DNA of 63,887 bases, from the NCBI GenBank assembly GCA_051294375.1, contig CM119263.1, positions 24,904,801 to 24,968,687 on the forward strand, in the 5' to 3' direction. Below, piece by piece: positions 1 through 17,185 of the stretch. Numbering within the stretch: position 1 is the stretch's first letter; every line of letters begins with the position of its first letter. Made by a program: the position numbers and the translations under genes. This DNA comes from Paraspadella gotoi. Its lineage: Eukaryota > Animalia > Chaetognatha. The notes beneath the pieces are model-generated. The model saw only the letters and a program-made list of their open reading frames with translations, was not told the DNA's origin and did no database searches.

Positions 1-867
1 GATTGCTTCATCATCATTCTTCGCCCAAACGTGAAACACAAAAGGACAAAAACCGTGGAGCGGAAGATCTCTCTCTCTCTCTCTGTCGGTGCGGTCCGAC
101 GTTGTTAAGATAGAAAATGTCGTTTGTCATCCCTTGTTCGATGATTATGTTTGGACCGTGACGAGATTCTCGTCTTTGGGGATAAAAAGACCGACGTCTC
201 GTATTTGGAAAATTCCTTCCTTCTTGATTGTTGTTCATCGCGTTGGTTATGAGGTGAAAAAAGTTTTTCAGTTTCCACAGCGAATCCACAGATGGTCGAG
301 TTGGATTTTTTCCTGGCGACTCTCCTTTTTAAAGTCGTCACATTTTCGAGTTTCTAATTATGAAAGTGTTGCCGTCTGTCATTTAATTTTTTTTCCTTTT
401 TCCNNNNNNNNNNNNNNNNNNNNNNNNNNNNNNNNNNNNNNNNNNNNNNNNNNNNNNNNNNNNNNNNNACCGCGACACTAACTCACCATCTGAACTGATC
501 CCACCAATAAGACCGCGAAAAACGCTTCTAAAACTCCCGTCTCTAGACCACCGAGTCGTCAACAAACAAGAAGCATAAATGAAAAAGCAAAAAACCAAAG
601 TTTTCTTCTTTCGGTTTCCAATCGGAATTTATCGTCTGCTTTCGTCGTCGTCGTCGTCGTCGTCGTTGTCGGGGAAAAAGTCAATCTTCAATTTATCCCA
701 CAGCATCGACCCTCATAGTTTTCGTTCTTTGTTTTCTTTCGGCTTAACTTGAATTTTTTTTTGCCTTTTTTTTGCTTTTTGTTTTTCAATGTTTGGCCAG
801 TTAGCCTCTCGCTTTGCCGAGAAGGGGCTTTTTCTTTCTTAGCTTGGCTTCCTTCTTTTCGACTTTG

Positions 868-868
<1 letters not shown>

Positions 869-956
<88 letters not shown>

Positions 957-957
957 T
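869..957. repeat. (TTTC)n tetranucleotide microsatellite
   Basis: Perfect TTTC array seen directly; explains the KERK repeats in ORF 688..1047. Confidence 0.95.
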
Positions 958-2276
958 AACACTTTGTTCCTTCATCACTTTCGCTAGAGGGTATTGAAGG
1001 ATTACCGGTCCGACTTTTCTGTTTTTTTCTCTCACCTCTTGTCTCACCTTCTTAGGTGGTGAGCTTCGAAGTTGGGTATTAGAAGACCCCTGTTTGCCTT
1101 TTGGCTTTCCTTTTTTTTCATTTTAAACCCTCCTACCTTTGTTAGCGCTTTGCTTAGGCTCTTCCCACTTTCCTCCATTTCATTTGGGTTTCCTACTTTT
1201 TTATTTCCTCCCTATCTCTTTTTAAACCTACATCAAAGATGCCATTAGTAATGGATCTTTGCGAGTAGAATTTATCTCCGATCCATCTTTCCCACCTTCT
1301 TTCCTTCCCATTCCTTACCCGCATCGATTTCTATTGAAATTGGACTTTGCCACGGATCTTTATAATTTCTCTGCTTTCTCCCCATCTCACCTTCTTTTCT
1401 TTCCTCCCTTCCCGTCCTTTCCACCCTTGCAGATGGTTGCAGATGGTCTTTTCTATGTGCCTTTACCATTTACATATCTCTCCTTTTCTCCCTTCCTTTC
1501 TTTCCTCCCTCACCTACGTTTGAGGTTGACTTTGCTATGTGACTTTGACATTTACATTTCTCTCCTTTCCTCCCCCTTCCTTCTCTTTCCTCCCTTTTCT
1601 CCCTCCTCACCTTCGTTGGAGGTGGGCTTCGGAATGGGGTGCCAGAAGACGCCGGTTTGACCTTTTGACTCGAAGATCTCGACGCCGGCGGAGGAAGCGG
1701 CGACGAGAAGAGAGCGCCCGTGGAGATTCACCCATTTCGCCTGGAGGGAGACGTGATTTAAAAGGGGATCGAGTGATTTTTTGGGCGGTTGTTGTTGCTG
1801 TTGTTGTTGTTGTTGTTTTAGGTCGATTTTTCGTAGTCGTCGTCAACCAAATTGGGAAACTATTTATAAAATTCGGTTAGAAAAATACGCAATGGCGTCG
1901 CTCACGTTTGTCCCATAGTAATCTGAGTCGCGGGGAAAGAAAGAAAGAAAGAACGACAGAAAGAAAGAAAAACAGAACCAGGCTACGCGACTATTATTGA
2001 AAGTTGGATACAGTGTCTTCATTTGAACCCGTAAGGCGGTCGATTTGTTATTTCTTCTTTCTTTCAAAACTCTCAATACCAAAAAAAAAAAAAAATATTA
2101 AAAGGAAAAAAAATGTTAAGGTCATCGACTGAAGAAGCAACGATTCAGCGCCAGACATTTTGCAACCCCTCCACTCTGAGTCTTCGAAAGNNNNNNNNNN
2201 NNNNNNNNNNNNNNNTCGCAAAGGCTGCAAAATAAAGATCACCACCCAGTAGAGATCTCGTCGCCACTGCCCACAC

Positions 2277-3075
2277 AGTTATATTTGGAAAAAGGGCCTC
2301 CAGGTTAACGCCCCTGCTCTTCCTCGCCGCCTATCTCATACACAATGTTATATTGAAAAAGGGCCTCCAGGCTTAACGCCCTGCTCCTTCCTCGGTCCCG
2401 CCTATCTCATACACAATTGTTATATTTTGGAAAAGGGCCTCCAGGTTAACGCCCTGCTCCTTCCTCGTGTCCGCCTATCTCATACCACAATGTTATATTT
2501 TGAAAAAGGGCCTCCAGGTTAACGCCCTGCTCCTTCCCGGTCGCCTATCTCATACACAATGTTATATTTTTGAAAAGGGCCTCCAGGTTAACGCCCCTGC
2601 TCCTTCCTCGGTCCGCCTATCTCATACACAGATGTTATATTTTTGAAAAGGGCCTCCAGCCGTTAACGCCCTGCTCCTTCCTCGGTCCGATCCGCCTATT
2701 CTCATTACACAATGTTATATTTTGAAAAAGGGCTCAGGTTAACGCCCTGCTCCTTCCTCGGTCCGCCTTATCTCATACACAATGTTATAATTTTTGGAAA
2801 AACGGGGCTCCAGGTTTTAACGCCCTGCTCCCTTCCTCGGTCCGCTATCCTCATACACAATGCTTATATTTTGAAAAAGGGCCCTCCAGGTTAACGCCCT
2901 TGCTCCTTCTCGGTTCCGTTATCTCATTACACAATGTTTATATTTTGAAAAAGGGCCTCCAGTGTTAACGCCCTGCGCCTTTCCTCGCGCTCCGGCCTAT
3001 CTCATACACAATGTTATATTTTTGAAAAAGGGCCCTCAGGTTAACGCCCTGCTCTTCCTTCGGTCCGCCATCTCA
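2277..3075. repeat. ~72-bp tandem repeat (minisatellite), about 11 copies
   Basis: Unit approx. atgttatattttgaaaaagggcctccaggttaacgccctgctccttcctcggtccgcctatctcatacaca. The gggc(c)tc core recurs at ~2294, 2361, 2435, 2508, 2577, 2650, 2729, 2803, 2879, 2953 and 3029; copies differ mostly by 1-nt indels. Confidence 0.93.
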
Positions 3076-3931
3076 CTCGTCCTGTTTTATCTTAATGTTT
3101 TCTCAATGTTATGTATTCTCGCCAACATCCCACCCACCTCTCGATTTTGTATCACCATTTTACTTAATTACACTATACTCGAGAAAATATTTCTAAATAA
3201 TTTTTACTTTTAGTTTAAATAATAATGACATCAATCATCTTATAAAATTATTAGATTTTATATCATTTATGAACATACACTTTTGTATTGATATTTTTAA
3301 GGCATAATTTTTGTTTCGCTATTTAAATCTTTTATACAAATATTTTTTAAAGAAATAGATTATTAAAGCTACAATATGCAATAAGACTTAGGTCACCTTT
3401 TTGCTTGGTTACTGGATGGATCTCTGAAATTGTCCCTTCTCCTATTTCCACATTTCTCCAGGTTCACTTTCAGAATTATTAACTATTGTAAAAGATAACA
3501 GAACGAAAAAACTAACCTAGTAGAAACTAAGGAAAAGCTAGTTTCTATAATATTAGAGAGGAGGATCGAGGCAGAGTCCGTTTTGACAGTTCATTGGCTC
3601 TGCAAGCTGATTGGTCGATTCCGTTTCTTCCTTGACCATTGACCAATCATTTTATTCGACGATTCCGATTCGCGGGAGATTTGCCCATTCCTTCCGATCC
3701 GATTCTGCCTTTGGGTTAGGTTTGATTCTTCCTTCGTATGATAAGAGGACAGGACAAAAAAAGACGCCGCCTGGCGTACCAAGAGAGAGAGAGAGAGACA
3801 GAGAGGATAAAAAAAAAAAGAAAGAGAAAGAACTAAGAACGGTAATTCCAATGGTTGCCGCCGCAGTGGACTTTATTTTTCACGTTTATTTCACATTTCG
3901 TCTTTCTTATTTTTTTTTTATTTGTGGGCAG

Positions 3932-4673
3932 TATATTTCACACCGCCTCACGTCCACCATCCTTCAGCCAAATCCATTGGCTCAGAGGGCGAACACACCA
4001 TCCCAACGTAGTGGTTCCATCCACAGTCTAACGACTTCCCTCTACGTTGCAAGCGAGACCGTCCTAGGTAACCGCCGCCAGTGACTGGAGGGCGTCACTG
4101 AGGGTCGGAAGCGCCCCAAAGCCAAACAGTGAGATGCCCCATCCCAATTGGGCATCACGGCAACCCGGCTGTTGCCATAAGCTGGTGAGCCCTACTATCG
4201 AACACGCAACTTCTCAGGACGCTACGACAAACGCCTATGGCCCTGCCAACTTCGGGTACGCTACGACAAACGGCCTATGCCCCTTGGGGTACGCTACGAC
4301 ACGCTATGCCCCCACACTCGCGCTCTCTCTCTCTTCTGCCCAGAACCTATGGTAACATCTTGGTCAGACACCTCTCAGGCTGAGGAACCTGAGTGATGTT
4401 TGGCCCGGATCCTTTGCGGTTATATTCACACCGCCTCACGTCCACCATCCTTCAGCCAATCCATTGGCTCAGAGGGGAACACACCATCCAGGCGTTAGGT
4501 GGTTCCATCCACAGTCCAATTGACTTCCCTCTACTTTGGCCAGAAGCGCAGACGTCCTAGGGTAACCGCGGCCAGTGACTGGAGGCCGTCACTTGAGGTC
4601 GGAAGCCCCCCAAATGCCAACAGTGAGATGCCCCATTCCCAATGGCATCACAGGCAACCCGGATGTTGCCCAT
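3932..4673. repeat. Pair of ~250-bp direct repeats (3932-4178 and 4421-4673) around a ~240-bp spacer
   Basis: Both copies run tatatt(t)cacaccgcctcacgtccaccatccttcagcca...gtgactggagg...cagtgagatgcccc...ggcaacccgg...gttgcc(c)at. Confidence 0.88.
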
Positions 4674-5267
4674 GAATTTCTTATTTCTTAGTGTTCTTAT
4701 TTCTTATTTTTCTCTCTCTTTCTTAGTTTTTTCATTTCTTATAGTTTGAACAAAGTTTGAAATCAACCAATGCCGGATCGGCCCACGATCATTGCGGTTC
4801 ATATTATTTAATTAATTAATAACTAATTAAAGTTTTATTAATAGTCAATTAAAAGGAAGAGATGGGCTGAGAGCATCGGACAGAGGGAAGTAGGCGAAGC
4901 TTTGATAGTGGACACTCGGCACTGGAAAGGAAAGCGGACTGAGGGAGTGGCGCACTTGGGTTGTTAGGAAAGAGTCGGGCATATTTATGAATAAACGATG
5001 AATAGTAGGAGAAAATGAAAATATGCGGGAGGATAAAGTTATAAGTAAAGAGATAAATGAGTAGCGCGCTAGAAAGAGAAGTTACGATAAAGAAAACTAA
5101 AAAGGAGAACCAGGGGTAAGTATAAAGTTACTCTATCGACGAAAGGAGTCAGTTAGAGAAAGGAAAAGAGTAGGGCCGGTGCGGGCGGTTGGGGCGGAGG
5201 AAGTGAAACGGAGATAGTGGACGAACGAAAAGAGAAAAAAAAGACGGACGTGGGAATGACCACAGAT

Positions 5268-5281
5268 GCGCCCCCTGGCGA
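5268..5281 (-). promoter_or_regulatory. CTCF-like core motif (TCGCCAGGGGGCGC)
   Basis: The + strand gcgccccctggcga closely matches the known bilaterian CTCF core CCRSYAGRKGGCRS. Motif match only. Confidence 0.35.
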
Positions 5282-5503
5282 TTGGCGATTAACGACGTCA
5301 CGACCGCGTAAATTGAAACGTAAACGAGGCATAAAAAAAAGGATCATATATTCACCAACGATTTGGACCCAAAAGGACGAACTCGTTTTATCCGATGTTA
5401 ACGTTCGTCGTACGATAAGAGAAAATAAAAAAAAAAATACTATCGGTCTTTGCCTGTTTCTTAAAGGAGAGACGAGGTCGATTACAAATATGCGTACGGC
5501 GAA

Positions 5504-5534
<31 letters not shown>

Positions 5535-5851
5535 GAGATTCGTATTCGGATGATAACGACGACGAATTAAACCACTAATGACGCATATACCACAACGAGG
5601 AAATCCATTAATGCGATTAATGCGCGACGACGACGACGACGACGACGACGACAGAGATTCCCAGATTCGAGAGAGAGACTAACTACTACTACTAATTCTC
5701 TGTTTCATTTCTTTTCTTGTTCTTATTAAAGAATTCTCGAGATTTGTAAATAACAACAACGACGACGACGAATTTCTGCTTCCACTTTCTGCAATTTTTC
5801 GATAACGGAAAAGATTTTTTTGTGGAGTAAGAAGGCCAAAAGGCTCAGGAG

Positions 5852-5971
<120 letters not shown>

Positions 5972-6772
5972 TATTGGAAAGCCATCCATCGACGTCCCAG
6001 TACAAGAGGCGTTTGTGACGGAAATTAAAAACGGGTCAGTCAGTCTTCGTCATCGATCGAATCTGCGCTCGAAAGGATCGAGGCGCGAGACAGAGGCCAA
6101 AAGTCAAAGATTTCGCTCAGAGGCCATAAGTCGTGATGAGAATGTTTCTTCATGACATGAAGCATGTTTTACATCCCTGAAGGCCTTAATTTATGAAGGG
6201 AATGTTTGAATGCCTGACAAGTCGTTTTGTGGCAGGTGGCTGGCGGGACGAGCCCACTTCAAGTCATGAAGCATGTCGAACAAGCCTGTTAGACCGTTGA
6301 GGCTAATCAGGCTTGCCGGAAAATTTCCCGAGGCTCAAGTCTAGACTAAAATTGACGTGGGATGAAAAACGATATTAGAAAAATCTTGAGGGCCGAAATT
6401 AACTTTGAAAAAGACTATGAGAACACATAAAATCGCATTCATTTAGTCGCACCGTTGCATGAAATCAAATTTCCAACAACCAGAAATAATCTGTAACAGT
6501 TTACATATATCAAACAGCGAAATGGGTCGAAAAAAAGTGAAAAAACTACAAGTTTCGAATTACTCGCAACGCAGCTGGATTCAGCCGTTTCCTCTTCTCC
6601 CCAAGTAATTTTTAGCGAATCATTGACTTGGAGAGAATTCACAGCGATTTGTTCCGCGATTTTAATCAGGAGGTTATGGTTGTTATCTGCGGAGGCGAAC
6701 TTTATTGTTGATGAAAATGGTTGTTGAAACGCGCGTACAAATAGTTTCGAGAACCGGAGGGCGGAGGGATAA

Positions 6773-6851
<79 letters not shown>

Positions 6852-8649
6852 AGAGGAGAGAGAGAGAGAAAAGATTCATTAGCTTTTTATTCTATTTTAT
6901 TTTTATTTTTTTGCAAAACCTTCAAAGAAGATGGTTGCAGCTGAAAAAAAAATTTAGAAAAAGAAAGCAAATTTGTGCCTCCTTCCATTCAGCCGGGGGA
7001 CCTTTTTATTTTTTAAACAAAAACCTTCTTTGTTAAGGATAATTAACCCTGCGTTTCCTTTTTTTAAAAACTCCCTCGCCATCGACGCTGCCGTTAAAAA
7101 CTCAATTTTTCAAACGCTTTCTTCTTTTCTAGGTCGACCACCTCTCAGAACCTCTCCACTTTTTAAACCTGACCTTCTCTTCAACATCTTCAGTTTCAAC
7201 AACATTGGCATAAACTTTTTAGTTTTACATTTATAGTTGCTTGTAATATTATTTTAATTAAATCGTTCATACTTTACCCCCTCCTCCCCCTTACTCAGTC
7301 GCTTTCACACGAAACCACCAATACGTATATTCGTTGAGAAATAAAAAAGCAAAAAAAGGTTTACCTTTCTCCCCTGACCCAGTCTTCCCCCAAATCTTCC
7401 TCTAACCTGATCCAGTCTTCTCCCAACACTTTCTCTATCCTCCCTCCATCCTCCCCTATTTCTTCTCCCTCCCACCAGAGTAACTTATAATTTACTTCAT
7501 TTACGAGAAAGCGAAAACGTTTCCCAGTTAAGCCTTTCGGTTTATGTTCCTCGTAAAAAGTAATTATCCCCGCATTTCTCTCGCATCCATTTTTTCGGAA
7601 AAAGCGGAGACTCGCAGGGAGAGAGAAATTTCTGCCCTTTCGTCCGGCTCTGTTCTTTTGTTTAAAACTTCCGTGAGACGGCGGGACATTTGGAAAAAGG
7701 CGGCAGAAGAAACTCATCGTCCGGATGTTTATTTATTTTTCATATTTTGATATTGAGCCAGTCCCTTCGATAACAAATCACCCATCTAAATTAATAATTA
7801 AAATTATTAATCAATTTTTCATCCTCCTCCCTCGAATTACCGACCAAGTTATCAAGGTCATAGCGTCCCCTTTCTAAGAAGCTTTCGACCCTGTATCTCC
7901 AGAAGTCGGGGGTCGAACGTCCAATACGGTCCGGTTTCCATCTTCCATCTTTTTTTTTCGGCGAATTTTCAAAGAGACGAAAAGAGGCCGAGTCTTTAGG
8001 CGTCGTCTTTCGTTTCCCGCCAAAAAGAAATTCAAATAGAGGCGCCTCTCTCGACCCCGAATTTCCCAAACTACAAAAAAAGCTCCAGTCGCTCCATCGA
8101 TTCGGAAAGATATATGCAGGAACGGGGGCTGCTCCGCGGCTGACAAACTCGATCAATGAATTTAAAGGGAACTGTAAATACAACTCTTTTTTTTCTCCTA
8201 TACTCTTGCGAACTATAACTCTCCGGAACAACCTCTACATGAGGTTCCACTCTAAGGTCAGCACTTCACCCTTTCACCATTAAGACTCTTCCTCTTCCTA
8301 CCCTTAATTAAAATCCTTCCACGACCTTTGCAAGGATTTCGACGATAACCTCGACCAAGCATGAAGCAATCATGAAGGCAACGACGAAAATCAATAATCA
8401 ATTAATCTCCCTTTTGGAAACTTTGCCGATGACGTCTAAGTTAAATAGGAAGGCCATGATGCAAGACTCGGCCAGATATCGCAATGTATGAGGCAACCGT
8501 GGTGGCCGAGACTATTATCGGACGAAGGCAACTTTAGTGGCAAAGGCGATGTAACAAAAGTGGCAACGACTATGACGACGACGCTCTCCGCGTCCATTAC
8601 CGACGCCTCCTTGAAACATCCCCACCCGCGACGCCATTCGGTTCAATGC

Positions 8650-8731
<82 letters not shown>

Positions 8732-9138
8732 TCTCTCTCTCTCTCTCTCTCCTTTCTCCCATTCACTTTTTTTCAGCCTTTATTCCTCGCCCTTCCGAAC
8801 TAAAGCGATCTGACTGATTCAGCGAAAAAAGTGGGAAAAAAAAATAATCCCGGGGCGTCGCTTTTTTTTTTTTTTTTATCTTTTCTCCGCCAACGCGCGG
8901 ATTATTAGCGTCAATTTTCCCGTCGCTTCTCTCCTTCCGTCGCTCGAGTCCGCTTTCGCCCACTCCCGCCGCCAGGGGCGCGTATATCGTCCGGTCCGAC
9001 TTTCATTGTTATTCCGACGCGAACGTAAAAACAAAAGGCGCACGCGCGCGAGTCCGGGTTGGGGATTCCCGAATTTCGCGTAAACGTCGTCTGGGATGAG
9101 ATACGAGGCCGTCAATTAAACGCTGAGGGGACCCTACT

Positions 9139-9172
<34 letters not shown>

Positions 9173-9691
9173 TCTCCCATATCTTCGACATTCGCAACAA
9201 CTCGCATTCGTCCTTTTTCTCATCCTCACTTTTCTATTCATTCCTTTTTTCAAACAAAGTCTCCCCCCTCCCTCCCTCCATTTTTTTTTCTTCTTCTTCC
9301 TCCTTTCCATTCTTTTCTTCCTCTCTCTTCTCTTCTTTCCATCCATCACGGGAACCATTTGTTTGAAGGACGCGAATCCATCTCCCAGATTTTAAACGAT
9401 AATCGAATCGCGAAGGATTTGCAACTTGGTACAATTTTCAATATATACGCGAAATTGCGCACATGAAACGGGATTCTCTATCCCGTAAATTTTTTTTAAC
9501 GAGAAAGAACCCTTCGTGGGAGACCCGGTTCAAACGCTATTCACTGGACAGTAGTCAGTGTACAGTGTGCTGAAACAATTATTCCAAGTGTGGATGCAAT
9601 TCCAGAGAAATGCGTATAAAAAAATATTTCTTTGGCTTTGAATATTTTAATACTGAAATAAATATTTTTTTTCTAATGTTATGAATAATAG

Positions 9692-9742
<51 letters not shown>

Positions 9743-12585
9743 TAAAATATTAAAAAACAAGGCAGGAAGCTCACGAGAGAAAAAAAAGTCTTTCATGAAA
9801 AAACGATGAATAGTTGATCTAGTGATTTTTCCCCTTGTCCCGTTCGAGGGGAACATAAAAAATGATTACCCTCGCGATAAAGAGTTCAAGTCCGGATATC
9901 ATGAATATTTTTCATCGCGCTGGGCGAGTTTCGCCAAGTACGTTAAGCCTATTCTTTTCTCGTATTTTTTTTTTCAATCATTTTTTTATGTGGCGCGCTT
10001 TCACCAAGCTACTATGCTGCGTATGAAGAGCCGGCTAAAAAGCATTAAAACCCTAAATAAAAAAAAATTATCGTCGAATGAATTAGCATCTTTTTTTTTT
10101 ATTTTTGTAATCAACAGTAGCACATTTCAATCATCGTGTCAGCAAAACTTTTCAACACATGACAAGAGATAAAAATACAGTATGATCATCTGAAATGTAG
10201 TGCAACGAAAAAGCTAGTCATAAAACTCCGATAAATCGTAGACGAATAATCCTACGAGAGCAAGTACTGTATAGAGTCAACTTAAGACGTTATTAAAGTA
10301 TGAGTGACATGCAAGTTAAAAGAAAAAATATATGACAGCGGTACGAATGGTGAGGGAGAAAATAAATTTTAGGAAATTAAAAAGAAAATGGGCCGAGAGA
10401 AAGATGAGGATAAACACGGAAGAATTTCTAAGAAAAGAGAGAGAGACAAGTCACAAAGTATCACATTCCATTCCAAAGTGAGTCGTCTAAGATACGTAAT
10501 AACTGTGCTATATTAGAGGCAATCACAAAATAGCTATTAAACTATGCTCATTATACTACTAAATACTGACGATACCTGTACACGGTAATAAATACTATCA
10601 CCATCGAATCATGCTGACATATTTTTTTATGACTTATTTCGATACTGAGATAGAAAGTTCGAATTAATCGAGATTTAAATATCACACGAGAATCACTCGT
10701 TGAGAAAACAGCTCTCTTTTCTTTTTTTTTTCATTGAGGTAACTGATCATATGCTGCATTGGAAGGTCAGCACGGAAAAAAATAATTGTATTCACCTCTA
10801 GAGAAATACGATTGCGTTTAACGTCGTTTCAACTTTATGCCTCTTTCTCTGTTTTGGAAAAAAAAAAAGACCCGTCAGTTAACAGAGTAACAACCGAAAG
10901 AAAAGTGCGGATATAACTTTTTTTGTTTTAAATAAACGTGGGTTTACAGAGGGGATTTATAACTCATGCAGGATCTTAATCATTAGGATTTTCTTTTAAC
11001 TTTTGGTGAGCCTTAGGTGTATTTTAAGTATTTGCTGATTTATGTGGTGCTTGTTTATCGGTAATCAAGGTTAGTGACCATTATCTCTTAAAACATGAGC
11101 GTTTTGTTAGTCCTTAAAACTAATATGCTGTATTTCTAAATGATATAAGAATGATTATCGTGCCGTGGCAGTAAAAATATCTAGTTATCCTGTCTTTTTT
11201 TTTATAATATATCAGATATGGGGAAAGGGGCTGTCGGGGGACCAAATACCGATAAATTATTAGTAAAATCCAACACAAAAAAGCTTTTACTGTAATTTTT
11301 ACTGCCTTTGGCAACCGTATTGCTTTCTTATAGAGTGTAATCGGTATATAACACCTACACTTTAATATCTAACGAATAAAACTCCATGTTTATAAAGGCA
11401 GAATGTGATTTGGAATCTTTCACGCGAACGTTGAAACTAAACAAAGTGCAGAATGCTCAACAATCTTTGTTTCAAAAATTTGATTTTGAGATTCGAAAAA
11501 AAAAAAAACGCGTGAGCAAAATCCTCTTTTTTTTTTTACAATTAATCGCTAATCAGTTTAATCTGTCAATTATCGGGAACAACTATCGCTACATGACATT
11601 ACAACTACTTACGCGGCCCTCGCTTGAGCCCTAAAAAAATAGTTAATCTCTAATTTTAATGAGAAACGGGGGGGGGGAGGAAAAAAAGGGAGAAAAATAT
11701 GACTTCTCTTTTGACGAACTGTTTTTTTGCGACAGGCGAAAAACAAAATTACGCATCCGTAGAATTTTGCACTTTTAGAGACTCAAAAGTCTTGTGATCC
11801 GAGTTTCCAACTTACATATGGTGTCACGAAACTCTAAGCGAGAAAACTGAAAACTCTGGAACGAAGAAAAAGAGTGATTAGTTTATTTTGAATTAAGAAA
11901 AGGAGAGAGAGAAAATTTATGTAAAAAATAAAAGAGAGAAACTCTGGCCGATTTCGTGCTGAAAGGACCGAGGAGAGAAAAAAAAATCAATGAATTTGTT
12001 AGAAATGGGAAAAGGAATTAAAGGAAAAAATAAAACGATTGAGAAAATCTTTGCTTTGAAGAAATTACGTCATTTGACGAAGGAAAAACTCATTAAGTTT
12101 CAAAGAAGCTTTACTAAAGGAATTAAATATAAATCAAGACCTTGTTGATATTCATATTTGTTATCTCGGTTCAGCCTCGTGACACTGTAATTACCAAAGT
12201 TCCACCTTGTCTTTTTCCGTTGTTCAATTTGTACGAATTAGGCACCGGTTTTTTTTTTAATGTTTTGGAAAAACAAACATTATTTTTCACAGTTAAAACA
12301 CAGCCATTAAGAATTGTATGACTTGGGGGAGAGAGAGAAATAACGTATCGAGTGTGTATTCTAAAAAGGAGAAAACACCGAAAGCGTAAATAGTGAAAAC
12401 AAAAGCGGGAAAAAACACGTTGGAAATATTCAATATTTTGTTTTATTCATACAGGTTTCTGTCGAAAGAAACATTCGGCCTAAAAACGAATCAGAGACAA
12501 AAAATATAATAAAAAAAAAAAAAAAATTAATACACCCACCCTTCCCGCAAACACTCCCAGATTGTTAACATTTAGTTAGTTATTA

Positions 12586-12591
12586 TTTATT
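12586..12591 (-). promoter_or_regulatory. Candidate polyadenylation signal (AATAAA) of the nAChR gene
   Basis: AATAAA on the minus strand ~66 nt past the TGA at 12657. The region is AT-rich, so a chance match is possible. Confidence 0.35.
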
Positions 12592-12656
12592 AAAAAGTAA
12601 AAAAAAAAACCAAAACAATAACATTAATAATAATAAATCCCCATATCTTCGTGATA

Positions 12657-17185
<4,529 letters not shown>

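Noticed and set aside
1048-1735. Possible minus-strand micro-exons (ATGG|GTGAAT at ~1733; AAG|GTGAGA at ~1048)
   Set aside because: Phases are incompatible and no recognisable product results; insufficient support.
2277-3075. Regularly spaced repeats as a CRISPR array
   Set aside because: The whole unit repeats with no unique spacers, there are no cas genes, and the context is eukaryotic.
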